Assembly (NCBI GenBank): GCA_944384235.1
Contig: CALWSP010000015.1
Location: 9,068-41,067, forward strand
Direction of reading: 5' to 3'
DNA length: 32,000 bases
Source: an uncultured Clostridia bacterium
Lineage (GTDB): Bacteria; Bacillota; Clostridia; Lachnospirales; CAG-274
Shown here in pieces: positions 17,320 through 26,289 of this stretch (the stretch's first letter is position 1; the number at the start of each line of letters is the position of its first letter). The notes below the pieces were generated by a model that did not search any database, was not told where the DNA came from, and worked only from the letters and a program-made list of their open reading frames with translations. The position numbers and the translations under genes are program-made.

Positions 17320-17970
17320 ATGAGTTATAAAAAAGAATTTATTAAGTTTATGTGTGAGGCAGGTGTTTTAACTTTTGGTGAGTTTACTTTAAAAAGCGGT
17401 AGAAAAGCACCTTATTTTATTAACACTGGAAACTACAAAACTGGCGAGCATATTGCAAAGTTAGGAAAGTTTTACGCTGAATGTATTAAAGAAAACAATG
17501 TTGAAGCTGATGTATTTTTTGGGCCAGCTTACAAGGGCATTCCTCTTGCTGTTTCTGCGGCTATTGCAGTTTACGAGGAAACTGGCAAGTCTGTAAACTA
17601 TGCTTTTAACAGAAAAGAAGCTAAAGACCACGGCGAGGGTGGCGTTATAGTTGGCCACAAGTTTAATGATGGCGACAAAGTTGCTGTTATTGAAGATGTT
17701 ATTACTGCAGGAACTGCTATTAGAGAAACTCTCCCTATTCTTAAAAACGCTGCTGATGTTAAGGTTGAATGTGTTATTATTTCAGTTGACAGAATGGAAA
17801 AGGGCAAGGGCGAAAAATCTGCTGTGCAGGAAGTTTATGATGAATTTGGCATCAAGGTTTACCCAATAGTTACAGTTTGTGACATTATTGAATGTATTGA
17901 AGATGGCACTATTGAAGGAAAGCAATATCTTGAGGCTATGAAAGAATATAGAAGAAATTATGGCATCTAA
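17320..17970 (+). CDS. pyrE: Orotate phosphoribosyltransferase
   Basis: 216 aa. FGEFTLKSGRKAPYFINTG and PRPP-binding motif VAVIEDVITAGTA. RBS ggaggt. Confidence 0.92.
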   Translation: MSYKKEFIKFMCEAGVLTFGEFTLKSGRKAPYFINTGNYKTGEHIAKLGKFYAECIKENNVEADVFFGPAYKGIPLAVSAAIAVYEETGKSVNYAFNRKEAKDHGEGGVIVGHKFNDGDKVAVIEDVITAGTAIRETLPILKNAADVKVECVIISVDRMEKGKGEKSAVQEVYDEFGIKVYPIVTVCDIIECIEDGTIEGKQYLEAMKEYRRNYGI

Positions 17971-18006
17971 TGGTATTTTATAGCTTTTATTACATAAATT
18001 TGTAAA

Positions 18007-18035
18007 TTGAAATTTGTTTAGTTGTAGGTTATAAT
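18007..18035 (+). promoter_or_regulatory. Sigma-A type promoter (TTGAAA-17 nt-TATAAT) for the 674-aa secreted protein
   Basis: ttgaaa at 18007-18012, tataat at 18030-18035. Confidence 0.6.
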
Positions 18036-18070
18036 TATTATATTAAAATTTTATTGAAAGGTGTGATAAT

Positions 18071-20095
18071 ATGAAAAGAGTTTTAAGTGTGATTTTAGCA
18101 CTTTCTATACTATTATCTATGTCTGCTTTTTCTAGTGTAGCCTATGCTGCAGAGTATGTGGCAGTTTATTTAAACGAAAAGTTGATTGACTTTCCATCAA
18201 CTGACGCTAGGCCACAGATTATAAGCAACAGAACTTATGTGCCTGTTAGAAAGACTTGTGAAAGTTTAGGGCTTAGTATTGACTGGAACTCTAAGACTGA
18301 AACTATGACTTTAACTAGAGATGGTGTTACTATTGCCCACACAATGAGGTCTAAAATTGTTTATGTAAATGGCAATGCAGTTACTTTTGACACTCCATCT
18401 ATTAATGTGAACAACAGAATACTTATGCCAATTAGAATGATTGCTGAATCTATTGGAGCAACAGTTGAGTGGGACGACCCAACTAGAAGTGTTCACATTA
18501 CTACAAACAATAACAGTAATAACAACAATAACAACAGCAATATAAACAATGTTAATTTAGCTATTGTAAACTCTATTTCAGTTGAAAACAACACAGTGAA
18601 CAAAAACGAAAATGCTAAATTAAAGGTTATTTGTAGTGGCGACACAACATCTGTTAAGTTTGTTGACGCAAGCAACAACTCTAAAATTGATGTTATTTCT
18701 AAATATGTTCAAAACAGTGATGGCACAAGAACTTTTGAATATGATTACAAATGTGTTAATGAAACAAAGGAAAACATTATTGCAACTATTCAGGCTGTGC
18801 CAGGAATTGACTCTAATTTTAACGAAAACACATCTGCTTGTAAAAGTGTTAGTTTTATTATTTTAAACAAGGACAAGACTGAAGTAGATGCTGACGCAGA
18901 ATATGACTCTGATTATTTAATTAGTTGCAAATTAACTAATTCTAAAATTCAAACTGACGATTATGCAAAAGTTAAGGTTAAAACTACTTCTGATGTTAAG
19001 AAAGTTAAATTAGTTTCAACAGCAAACAACAAATCTGTTGTTATTAGCGACTATGACGAAGATAGTGACGGAAACAGGAACTTTAGCGGCAAAATAGCTA
19101 TGACTAAAGAGGGCAACTGGAGAGTTAATGTTTATTTATATGTTTCTGGCGACTATGAAGAAGAATTTGAGTCTTTAAAGGTTTCTGTTAGTGACGATTA
19201 TGATGATGACAGTAAGTCTAATGATTTAGAAATTATTGACCTTTGGACTAACAATTCTTATGCTTACAAGGGTTATGAGTCAACTCTTTATGTTAAGACA
19301 AGCACAGGTGTAGACTACATAGAGCTTTTAGCTGAGGACCAAGATGAGGGCGAAGGCAAGACTATGCAAACGCCTGATGAAAAATATTCAAATTACTATT
19401 ATTGGGAATTTGATTTTAATGTTAAGCACACTGGAGATATGAAGTTTAAACTTCTTGCCTTTGACGAGGACGGCGAAAAGGTTTCTGACAGTTTTACACT
19501 TGAAGGACGTAATGCTAGCAAAAACGAGCCAGCTGTTATTGAGGTAGACCAAAAAACTAACTCTTTAATTGAGGGAGAAACTTGTAAATTTAATGTTACT
19601 GTTACAGGTGGCGTTGACAGATTAAGAGTTACAAGAGGAACTAGCTCTGCAGTTTATGACGAAGAAATTAAGTCAACATCTTCAACAACTAGAACTTTAA
19701 CAATTGAGTTTGAGGTTGACGATGTGAACGAAGATTATTACTTTACTGCTTATGTAGGGGATAATTATGAAAGATTTAAGTTTAGATTAACTGGTGATGT
19801 TGAAGAAGAAATTAGAATTAACGATGTTAAAATTGAAAGCGACAAAATTAGTGAAGATGAAGATGTGGAATTAACTGTTACAACTTCTAACAGCGCTTAC
19901 AGAGTTTGGATAGAAGATAGCAGAGGAAAGCAAATTTCTAAAATTTACAAAACTCCTGACGAAGAAAAGAAAAACGAGCTTGTTTGGGACATTTCATTCT
20001 CACCTATTGAAGATGGCAGACAAACTTTTACTATTGTAGCTCAAGATGAAAACAAAAAGAATGATACTTGGGACTTTAGAGTAACAGTTAAATAA
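18071..20095 (+). CDS. Secreted multi-domain protein: signal peptide, copper-amine-oxidase-N-terminal-like domain, poly-Asn linker, about five divergent Ig-like repeats
   Basis: A 26-aa signal peptide ending VAYA|AE. A two-lobed motif (NRTYVPVRKTCESLGLSIDW...NRILMPIRMIAESIGATVEWD) is typical of Cu_amine_oxidN1 'stalk' domains. An Asn run is encoded at 18506-18553. Modules of about 100 aa then follow with a recurring beta-strand pattern. Confidence 0.8.
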   Translation: MKRVLSVILALSILLSMSAFSSVAYAAEYVAVYLNEKLIDFPSTDARPQIISNRTYVPVRKTCESLGLSIDWNSKTETMTLTRDGVTIAHTMRSKIVYVNGNAVTFDTPSINVNNRILMPIRMIAESIGATVEWDDPTRSVHITTNNNSNNNNNNSNINNVNLAIVNSISVENNTVNKNENAKLKVICSGDTTSVKFVDASNNSKIDVISKYVQNSDGTRTFEYDYKCVNETKENIIATIQAVPGIDSNFNENTSACKSVSFIILNKDKTEVDADAEYDSDYLISCKLTNSKIQTDDYAKVKVKTTSDVKKVKLVSTANNKSVVISDYDEDSDGNRNFSGKIAMTKEGNWRVNVYLYVSGDYEEEFESLKVSVSDDYDDDSKSNDLEIIDLWTNNSYAYKGYESTLYVKTSTGVDYIELLAEDQDEGEGKTMQTPDEKYSNYYYWEFDFNVKHTGDMKFKLLAFDEDGEKVSDSFTLEGRNASKNEPAVIEVDQKTNSLIEGETCKFNVTVTGGVDRLRVTRGTSSAVYDEEIKSTSSTTRTLTIEFEVDDVNEDYYFTAYVGDNYERFKFRLTGDVEEEIRINDVKIESDKISEDEDVELTVTTSNSAYRVWIEDSRGKQISKIYKTPDEEKKNELVWDISFSPIEDGRQTFTIVAQDENKKNDTWDFRVTVK

Positions 20096-20104
20096 GAGAT
20101 TTTA

Positions 20105-20135
20105 ATACACCCTATTTTTAGGGTGTATTATTTTA
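20105..20135 (+). terminator. Rho-independent terminator after the 674-aa gene
   Basis: atacaccct-loop-agggtgtat hairpin followed by a T-rich tail. It lies inside the ORF-track N-terminal extension of the next gene. Confidence 0.8.
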
Positions 20136-20152
20136 TATGGAGATTAAGAAAA

Positions 20153-20797
20153 ATGAAGAAAGTTATTTTATTTGATTTAGACGGAACTTTAGTTAATTCT
20201 TTAGAGGATTTATGTGACGCAACTAATTATATGTTAGAAAAACTTGGGTTTGAAAAAAGGACTATTAATGAAGTTCAATCATTTATTGGAAATGGAATTG
20301 ATATGCTAACAAGAAGAGCAGTTGGAAAAAAAGAATATGATTTTGATTTAGGTATGAAATATTTTAAAGAGTATTACAGCGAAAATATGTGCAACAAAAC
20401 TATGCCTTATGAGAATATAAATTTTGTTATTGACAAATTAAAGGACAATGGTTTTAAACTTGGCGTTGTTACAAACAAAACTCAAAAGCCAGCCGAGAAG
20501 GTTGTTAAAAATTATTTTGGGGACAAGTTTGATGTAGTTATTGGAACAGATTTAGAAAAGAGAAAGAAAAAGCCTGACGCTGAACCTATTGAGCTGGCTT
20601 TAAAAACTCTTGGTTTAGAGAAAAAAGATTGTATTTACATTGGAGATTCTGAGGTGGACATTCAAACTGCAAAAAATAGCCAAGTTGACTTTCTAGGAGT
20701 TACTTGGGGATATAGAAAAGAAGATGTTTTTAAGGACAAAGTGGATTTTGTTAACAAACCTGAGGAGATTATAACTTTTTGTTGCAATTTTTTATAA
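20153..20797 (+). CDS. HAD-IA family hydrolase (phosphoglycolate phosphatase/PpaX-like)
   Basis: 214 aa from ATG 20153 (RBS ggaga 9 nt upstream). HAD motifs FDLDGTL, VTNK and GDSEVD. The ORF-track start at 20123 is rejected because it lies within the upstream terminator. Confidence 0.85.
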   Translation: MKKVILFDLDGTLVNSLEDLCDATNYMLEKLGFEKRTINEVQSFIGNGIDMLTRRAVGKKEYDFDLGMKYFKEYYSENMCNKTMPYENINFVIDKLKDNGFKLGVVTNKTQKPAEKVVKNYFGDKFDVVIGTDLEKRKKKPDAEPIELALKTLGLEKKDCIYIGDSEVDIQTAKNSQVDFLGVTWGYRKEDVFKDKVDFVNKPEEIITFCCNFL

Positions 20798-20844
20798 ATT
20801 TGATATAATTAGATTAAATAATTTTAAGAGCAGAGGTGTAGAAA

Positions 20845-22212
20845 ATGAATGATTTAAAGGTTTTAATACTTGCTGCAGGTCAAGGCACTAGAATGAAGTC
20901 TGATGTGCCAAAGGTTTTACATAGAGTATTAGATAAAACTATGTTAGGATATGTAATAGAAGCGTCTAAAGAGGCTGATGCAAAGGAAATTTGTGTTGTT
21001 GTTGGACATCAATCTGCAATGGTTAAAAACACAATAAAAGACATTTACGAGGATATTAGCTTTGCTGTGCAAAAAGAACAGTTAGGCACTGGCCACGCTG
21101 TTATGCAAGCTGGAGATTTTATTAAAAGCGGGAATATCTTAGTTCTTTGCGGCGACACGCCTTTAATTACAGCAGAAACTATTAAAAAACTTTGTGAAAA
21201 GCACGAAAATGAGGGAAACAGTGCTACTGTTGTGTCTATGGTTTTAGACAACCCAACAGGATATGGAAGAATTATTAGAGAAAACGACAATTTTAGCAAA
21301 ATTGTGGAGCAAAAAGACGCTGACAGCGAGCAAGCAAAAGTTAAAGAAGTAAACACAGGGGTTTATATTTTTAAGGCTGAAAAGTTATGTGAGGCTCTTA
21401 GTGGCCTTTCTAATGAAAACGCTCAAAATGAGTATTATTTAACTGATACCCTTGAAATTATTAAAAATAGTGGCGAGAAGATTGGCATTATGGTTGCTGA
21501 AGATGACAAAGAGTTTATGGGTGTAAACTCTAAGTTACATTTATCTTATGCTATAAAGGCTATGAAAGAAAGAATAAACACTAATTTAATGCTTGATGGC
21601 GTTACTATTATTGACCCAGAAAACACTTATATAGGAAAAGATGTTAAAATTGGGCCTGACACAATTATTTACCCTGGTTGTATGATTGAAGGAAAAACTG
21701 AAATTGGCGACAGTTGTATTATTGGACCTAATACTAGAATTAGTTCATCTTCTATTGACAACTGTGTTACAATTCAAATGAGTGTTTTATTAGATGCAAA
21801 GGTTAAAAGTTTTACAAGCGTTGGACCTTATGCTTATTTAAGGCCTAATAGCAACATTGGCGAGCATTGTAGAATAGGTGACTTTGTTGAGATTAAAAAC
21901 TCTAACATTGATGATGGAACAAAAGTTAGCCATTTAACTTATGTAGGTGATTCTGATGTTGGAAAGTGTGTAAACTTTGGTTGTGGCACTGTTACTGTAA
22001 ATTACGACGGTAAAAACAAGTTTAGATGTAAAATTGGAGATGAGGCTTTTATTGGTTGTAATTCAAACCTTGTAGCTCCTGTTGAAGTTGGCAAAAGAGC
22101 TTATACAGCTGCTGGTTCAACAATTACTAAAGACATTCCAGAAGACAGTTTAGCTATTGCTAGAAACAAGCAAGAAAACAAAAACGGCTGGAGAAAAAAG
22201 GTAAATAAGTAA
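20845..22212 (+). CDS. glmU: Bifunctional UDP-GlcNAc pyrophosphorylase / GlcN-1-P N-acetyltransferase
   Basis: 455 aa. LILAAGQGTRMKSDVPKVLH N-terminus and C-terminal left-handed beta-helix hexapeptide repeats. Confidence 0.93.
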   Translation: MNDLKVLILAAGQGTRMKSDVPKVLHRVLDKTMLGYVIEASKEADAKEICVVVGHQSAMVKNTIKDIYEDISFAVQKEQLGTGHAVMQAGDFIKSGNILVLCGDTPLITAETIKKLCEKHENEGNSATVVSMVLDNPTGYGRIIRENDNFSKIVEQKDADSEQAKVKEVNTGVYIFKAEKLCEALSGLSNENAQNEYYLTDTLEIIKNSGEKIGIMVAEDDKEFMGVNSKLHLSYAIKAMKERINTNLMLDGVTIIDPENTYIGKDVKIGPDTIIYPGCMIEGKTEIGDSCIIGPNTRISSSSIDNCVTIQMSVLLDAKVKSFTSVGPYAYLRPNSNIGEHCRIGDFVEIKNSNIDDGTKVSHLTYVGDSDVGKCVNFGCGTVTVNYDGKNKFRCKIGDEAFIGCNSNLVAPVEVGKRAYTAAGSTITKDIPEDSLAIARNKQENKNGWRKKVNK

Positions 22213-22218
22213 GGGATT

Positions 22219-22244
22219 TTAGGGAATGTTGTTGCATTCCCTAA
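22219..22244 (+). terminator. Hairpin after glmU (weak terminator/attenuator)
   Basis: ttagggaatg-ttgttg-cattccctaa 10-bp stem, but only a weak T tail. Confidence 0.45.
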
Positions 22245-22267
22245 AAGTTTGTGTAGGTGGAAAAAAG

Positions 22268-23158
22268 ATGAGTGAAAAATTAAAGGGGCATTTATTAGCC
22301 TCTATTACTGTTGCAGTTTGGGGAACTACATTTATATCTACAAAGGTTTTATTAAATGTTTTTAACCCAGTTGAAATTTTATTTCTTAGATTTATTTTAG
22401 GGCTTATTGTTTTATATTTAATTTATCCTAAAAAATTGGAAACAAAAGGGCTTAAAGAAGAAAAGTTTTTTATTATAGCTGGGCTTTGTGGAGTTTGTTT
22501 ATATTATTTATTAGAAAACATTGCTTTAAGCTATACTTATGCTTCAAATGTGTCTGTTATTTTATCTGTTGCACCAATTTTTACGGCGATTTTATCTAAA
22601 ATTTATTTTAAGGACAATAGTTTAAAAATTAGCTTTTTTATTGGCTTTATTTTAGCTATTTTAGGCATTTGTTTAATTAGCTTTAATGGAGGGGAAGTTA
22701 GCTTTGGGCCAAAAGGCGACATACTTTCTATATTAGCGGCTATTACTTGGGCTATTTATTCAATTTGTACTCAAAAAATTGGTGAGTTTGGATACAACAC
22801 TATTCAATGTACAAGAAGAATTTTTATTTATGGCACTTTATTTATGTTGCCATCTCTTTTAATATATGATTTTAACATTAGTCTTAGCGACTTTTCAAAC
22901 ATAGCTGTTATTTTAAATTTATTATTTTTAGGTGTTGGAGCTTCTGCTATATGTTTTGTTACTTGGAATTTAGCTGTTAAATATATTGGGCCAGTTAAGG
23001 CAAGTGTATACATTTATGTTGCTCCTATTATTACTGTTGTTGTTGCTTTTCTTATTTTAGGGGAAAAAATGAGCAAGATGGCTATTTTAGGAACTGTATT
23101 GATTTTACTAGGTTTAATTGTTTCTGAAGGGAAATTTGACAAAATAAAGAAAAAATAA
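22268..23158 (+). CDS. EamA/DMT-superfamily transporter
   Basis: 296 aa from ATG 22268 (RBS aggtgg). About ten TM helices in two EamA-like halves. The ORF-track start at 22226 lies in the glmU hairpin. Confidence 0.82.
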   Translation: MSEKLKGHLLASITVAVWGTTFISTKVLLNVFNPVEILFLRFILGLIVLYLIYPKKLETKGLKEEKFFIIAGLCGVCLYYLLENIALSYTYASNVSVILSVAPIFTAILSKIYFKDNSLKISFFIGFILAILGICLISFNGGEVSFGPKGDILSILAAITWAIYSICTQKIGEFGYNTIQCTRRIFIYGTLFMLPSLLIYDFNISLSDFSNIAVILNLLFLGVGASAICFVTWNLAVKYIGPVKASVYIYVAPIITVVVAFLILGEKMSKMAILGTVLILLGLIVSEGKFDKIKKK

Positions 23159-23163
23159 GTTTT

Positions 23164-23191
23164 AGGCGTAACAAGGGTTACGCCTTTTTTT
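23164..23191 (+). terminator. Rho-independent terminator after the EamA gene
   Basis: aggcgtaac-aagg-gttacgcct hairpin followed by a T-run. Confidence 0.85.
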
Positions 23192-23284
23192 GTGGATAAA
23201 AAAATAGTTTATTTTAGGGGAAAAATAGTGTATAATAATAAGTATATGAATTAAAAGTTAAGGTAGATTAGGAGAAGTTTGAAA

Positions 23285-24088
23285 ATGTTTTTTAAAAATT
23301 TATATGATATATTTTTTGGTAGAAACAAAATGCTTATAAATTTAGCGTTAAATGACTTTAAAAACAAGTTTGCAGGCTCTTATTTTGGAATTATTTGGGC
23401 ATTTATTCAGCCAGTTTGCACAATTCTTGTTTTTTGGTTTGTTTTTCAATTTGGCTTTAGAAGCCAAGATGTTGGAGAGGTTCCATATATATTATGGTTT
23501 ATGACAGGCCTTATTCCTTGGTTTTTTTTCTCAGAGGCTTGGAACAGTTCAACTAGTGCTTTTGTGGAATATAGCTACTTAGTTAAAAAGGTTGTTTTTA
23601 AAATAAACATTTTGCCAATGATTAAAATTTTATCAGCTTTATTTGTGCATTTATTTTTTGTTTTATTTATGTTTATTTTTTATTTATGTTATGGAATTAA
23701 GTTAGATATTTATGCTTTACAGATTGTATATTATTCTATTTGTGTGATAGCTCTTGTGACTGTTTTAAGTTTTATTACTGCTCCGCTTGTGGTGTTTTTT
23801 AAGGATTTAACTCAAATTTTAAACATTATTTTACAGTTTGGTATGTGGCTTACGCCTATAATGTGGAACATTGAAACTATGGAAATAGCTGAAAGCACAA
23901 AGTTTTTATTTAAATTAAACCCTATGTATTACATTGTTCAGGGGTACAGAGATAGTTTGATTTACAAAAATATTTTTTATTACAACATTAAACAAACTAT
24001 CTATTTTTGGCTTTTAATTTTAATATTTGCTTTATTAGGCAAGTTTATTTACAAAAAATTAAAGCCTCATTTTGCAGATGTTTTATAA
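23285..24088 (+). CDS. ABC-2 type polysaccharide/teichoic-acid export permease (Wzm/TagG-like)
   Basis: 267 aa from ATG 23285 (RBS ggaga 9 nt upstream). LALNDFKNKFAGSYFGIIWAFIQP signature and six TM helices. Confidence 0.88.
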   Translation: MFFKNLYDIFFGRNKMLINLALNDFKNKFAGSYFGIIWAFIQPVCTILVFWFVFQFGFRSQDVGEVPYILWFMTGLIPWFFFSEAWNSSTSAFVEYSYLVKKVVFKINILPMIKILSALFVHLFFVLFMFIFYLCYGIKLDIYALQIVYYSICVIALVTVLSFITAPLVVFFKDLTQILNIILQFGMWLTPIMWNIETMEIAESTKFLFKLNPMYYIVQGYRDSLIYKNIFYYNIKQTIYFWLLILIFALLGKFIYKKLKPHFADVL

Positions 24089-24100
24089 AGGAGTATGTTT

Positions 24101-25366
24101 ATGAATGATGTTTCTATAAAAGTTGAAAATGTTACAAAAGTATATAGGTTATATGAAAAGCCTATGGATAGATTAAAAGAAGCATTAAACCCTTTAAAAA
24201 AGTGTTACCACAAAGAACATTATGCTTTAAAAAATGTTTCTTTTGAAATTAAAAAGGGGGAAACAATTGGAATTATAGGCGTTAACGGAGCTGGAAAATC
24301 TACTTTATTAAAAATTATAACAGGTGTTTTAAACCCTAGCAGCGGAAATGTTTATGTAAATGGAAAAATATCTGCACTTTTAGAGCTTGGGGCTGGGTTT
24401 AACCCTGAATATACTGGTTTAGAAAACATTTATTTAAATGGAACTATGATGGGCTTTAGCAAAAGCGAAATAGATGAAAGGCTTGACAGCATTTTAAAAT
24501 TTGCTGACATTGGGGATTTTGTTCATCAGCCTGTTAAAACTTATTCAAGTGGTATGTTTGTTAGGCTTGCCTTTGCAGTTGCAATTAACATTGACCCTGA
24601 AATTTTAATTGTGGACGAAGCTCTTTCAGTGGGTGATGTTTTTTTTCAAGCTAAGTGCTACAAAAAATTTGATGAGTTTAAGAAAATGGGAAAAACAATT
24701 CTTTTAGTTAGCCACAGTTTAAACAGCATTTTAAAATATTGCGACAAGGTAGTTTTATTAAACCACGGCGAGAAACTTTCAGAGGGGAAAGCTCCTGAAA
24801 TGATTGACATATACAAAAAGTTACTTGTAAACCAATATGACAAGGAAGATAGCAAGGCTGAAAAAGAAGAAGTTAAAGAAATAGAAGAAGGGGAGCTTTA
24901 CAAGGACAAGCTAGTTTTAAACCCTATTATAAACAGCTATGGTAACAATATGGCTGAAATTTACGATTTTGCTGTTATTAACGATGATGGTGAGGTTACA
25001 AACCAAATAGATAAAGGCTCTATGTTTAAAATTAAAATGAAAGTTAAATTTAACAAAGATGTTTTTGACCCTATATTTGCCTTTACTATTGTGAACTTAC
25101 AAGGAACAGATGTGACTGGAACAAACACTATGATTGAAAATGTTATATTTGAAAACCCTAAAGCAAATGATGTTAAAGAAATTACTTTTACACAGAAAAT
25201 GGACATACAAGGCGGAGAATATCTTTTAAGCCTTGGTTGCACTGGTTATATTGACGGAGAATTTACAGTATACCACAGGCTTTATGAAGTTTGTAACATT
25301 ACTGTTATTTCTGAGAAAAATTCTGTTGGTTTTTTTGATATGAATAGTTTAGTTGAAGTGAAGTAA
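24101..25366 (+). CDS. Polysaccharide export ABC ATPase (Wzt/TagH-like) with C-terminal non-ABC beta-rich domain
   Basis: 421 aa from ATG 24101 (RBS aaggag 7 nt upstream). Walker A GVNGAGKST, signature YSSGM, Walker B ILIVDE. The C-terminal ~150 aa (nt 24909-25366) has no TM segments and resembles Wzt C-terminal glycan-binding domains. Confidence 0.88.
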   Translation: MNDVSIKVENVTKVYRLYEKPMDRLKEALNPLKKCYHKEHYALKNVSFEIKKGETIGIIGVNGAGKSTLLKIITGVLNPSSGNVYVNGKISALLELGAGFNPEYTGLENIYLNGTMMGFSKSEIDERLDSILKFADIGDFVHQPVKTYSSGMFVRLAFAVAINIDPEILIVDEALSVGDVFFQAKCYKKFDEFKKMGKTILLVSHSLNSILKYCDKVVLLNHGEKLSEGKAPEMIDIYKKLLVNQYDKEDSKAEKEEVKEIEEGELYKDKLVLNPIINSYGNNMAEIYDFAVINDDGEVTNQIDKGSMFKIKMKVKFNKDVFDPIFAFTIVNLQGTDVTGTNTMIENVIFENPKANDVKEITFTQKMDIQGGEYLLSLGCTGYIDGEFTVYHRLYEVCNITVISEKNSVGFFDMNSLVEVK

Positions 25367-25375
25367 GGTGAAAAA

Positions 25376-26287
25376 ATGGTTGAATATGTTGGAAAGGTAG
25401 AGCTTAATTTAGAAAACTACAAGGGCGTAGATTTATATAGCGACGGCATTGTAGAAGACGAAATATTAGAAATTGTTAAAAAATATGACAAGGATGATTT
25501 TGACAAGGTTATTAAAGAAAGATGCAAATGGCCAATTTATTATCATTTATCAGAAATAAGAGGAAATTGTGTAGAATGGCTTGACATTAGCAAAGATATG
25601 GACGTGCTTGAAATAGGTTCTGGTTGCGGGGCTATTACTGGCACTTTAGCAAAAAAAGCAAAAAGTGTTACTTGCATTGAGCTTTCTAAAAAAAGAAGTT
25701 TAATTAACGCTGAAAGAAACAAAGATTTAGACAACATTCAAATTGTTTTGGGGAATTTTAAAGACATTAAATTAGATAAAAAGTTTGATATTGTAACTCT
25801 TATAGGTGTTTTAGAATATTCTGAAAGTTACATTGGAGGCATTAACTCCTATGAAAAAATGATTAAAGCTAGTATGGAATATTTAAAGCCAAATGGAAAA
25901 CTTATTATTGCAATTGAAAACAAATTTGGCTTAAAATACTGGGCTGGTTGCAAAGAGGACCATATTGGAAAGTATTATGAGTCTATTGAAGGGTACAAAG
26001 AAACAACAGGTGTTAAGACTTTTACAAAAATTGAGTTTGAAAAAATGTTTAAAAATATGGGTATAGAAAAATATGAATTTTATTACCCATACCCAGACTA
26101 TAAATTTCCTTTAGCAATATATAGCGATGAGTTTTTGCCAGAAAAAGGCAGTTTAAATAGTAATTTGAAGAATTTTGACGATGATAGATTAATGACTTTT
26201 AATGAAAGTAGGGTATATGACACAATTATTGAAAACGGCTTATTTCCTTTATACTCTAATTCATTTATTATAACAATTGAGGGTTAA
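25376..26287 (+). CDS. Class I SAM-dependent methyltransferase
   Basis: 303 aa. Motif I VLEIGSGCGAITG, acidic motif II (CIELS), and post-I/III elements. The stop lies 2 nt before the next start. Confidence 0.85.
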   Translation: MVEYVGKVELNLENYKGVDLYSDGIVEDEILEIVKKYDKDDFDKVIKERCKWPIYYHLSEIRGNCVEWLDISKDMDVLEIGSGCGAITGTLAKKAKSVTCIELSKKRSLINAERNKDLDNIQIVLGNFKDIKLDKKFDIVTLIGVLEYSESYIGGINSYEKMIKASMEYLKPNGKLIIAIENKFGLKYWAGCKEDHIGKYYESIEGYKETTGVKTFTKIEFEKMFKNMGIEKYEFYYPYPDYKFPLAIYSDEFLPEKGSLNSNLKNFDDDRLMTFNESRVYDTIIENGLFPLYSNSFIITIEG

Positions 26288-26289
26288 GT

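Noticed and set aside
18506-18553. AAC/AAT-rich tract as a microsatellite or non-coding repeat.
   Set aside because: It is in frame within the 674-aa gene and encodes an Asn/Ser linker between two domains. The codons are mixed rather than a perfect tandem unit. It is retained only as a note on possible length variation.
20123-20152. ORF-track N-terminal extensions of the HAD gene (start 20123) and of the EamA gene (start 22226).
   Set aside because: The extensions are encoded by the upstream terminator/hairpin sequences. Internal ATGs at 20153 and 22268 have proper RBS spacing and give canonical N-termini.
23522-23529. Homopolymer tracts inside glycan-locus genes as possible phase-variation switches: T8 at 23522-23529 in the permease, T8 at 24639-24646 in the ATPase, and A8 at 26421-26428 in the 1214-aa gene.
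   Set aside because: Runs of 7-8 A/T are common throughout this AT-rich window, including housekeeping genes and intergenic DNA. They are shorter than typical contingency-locus tracts. There is no population evidence available from a single sequence.
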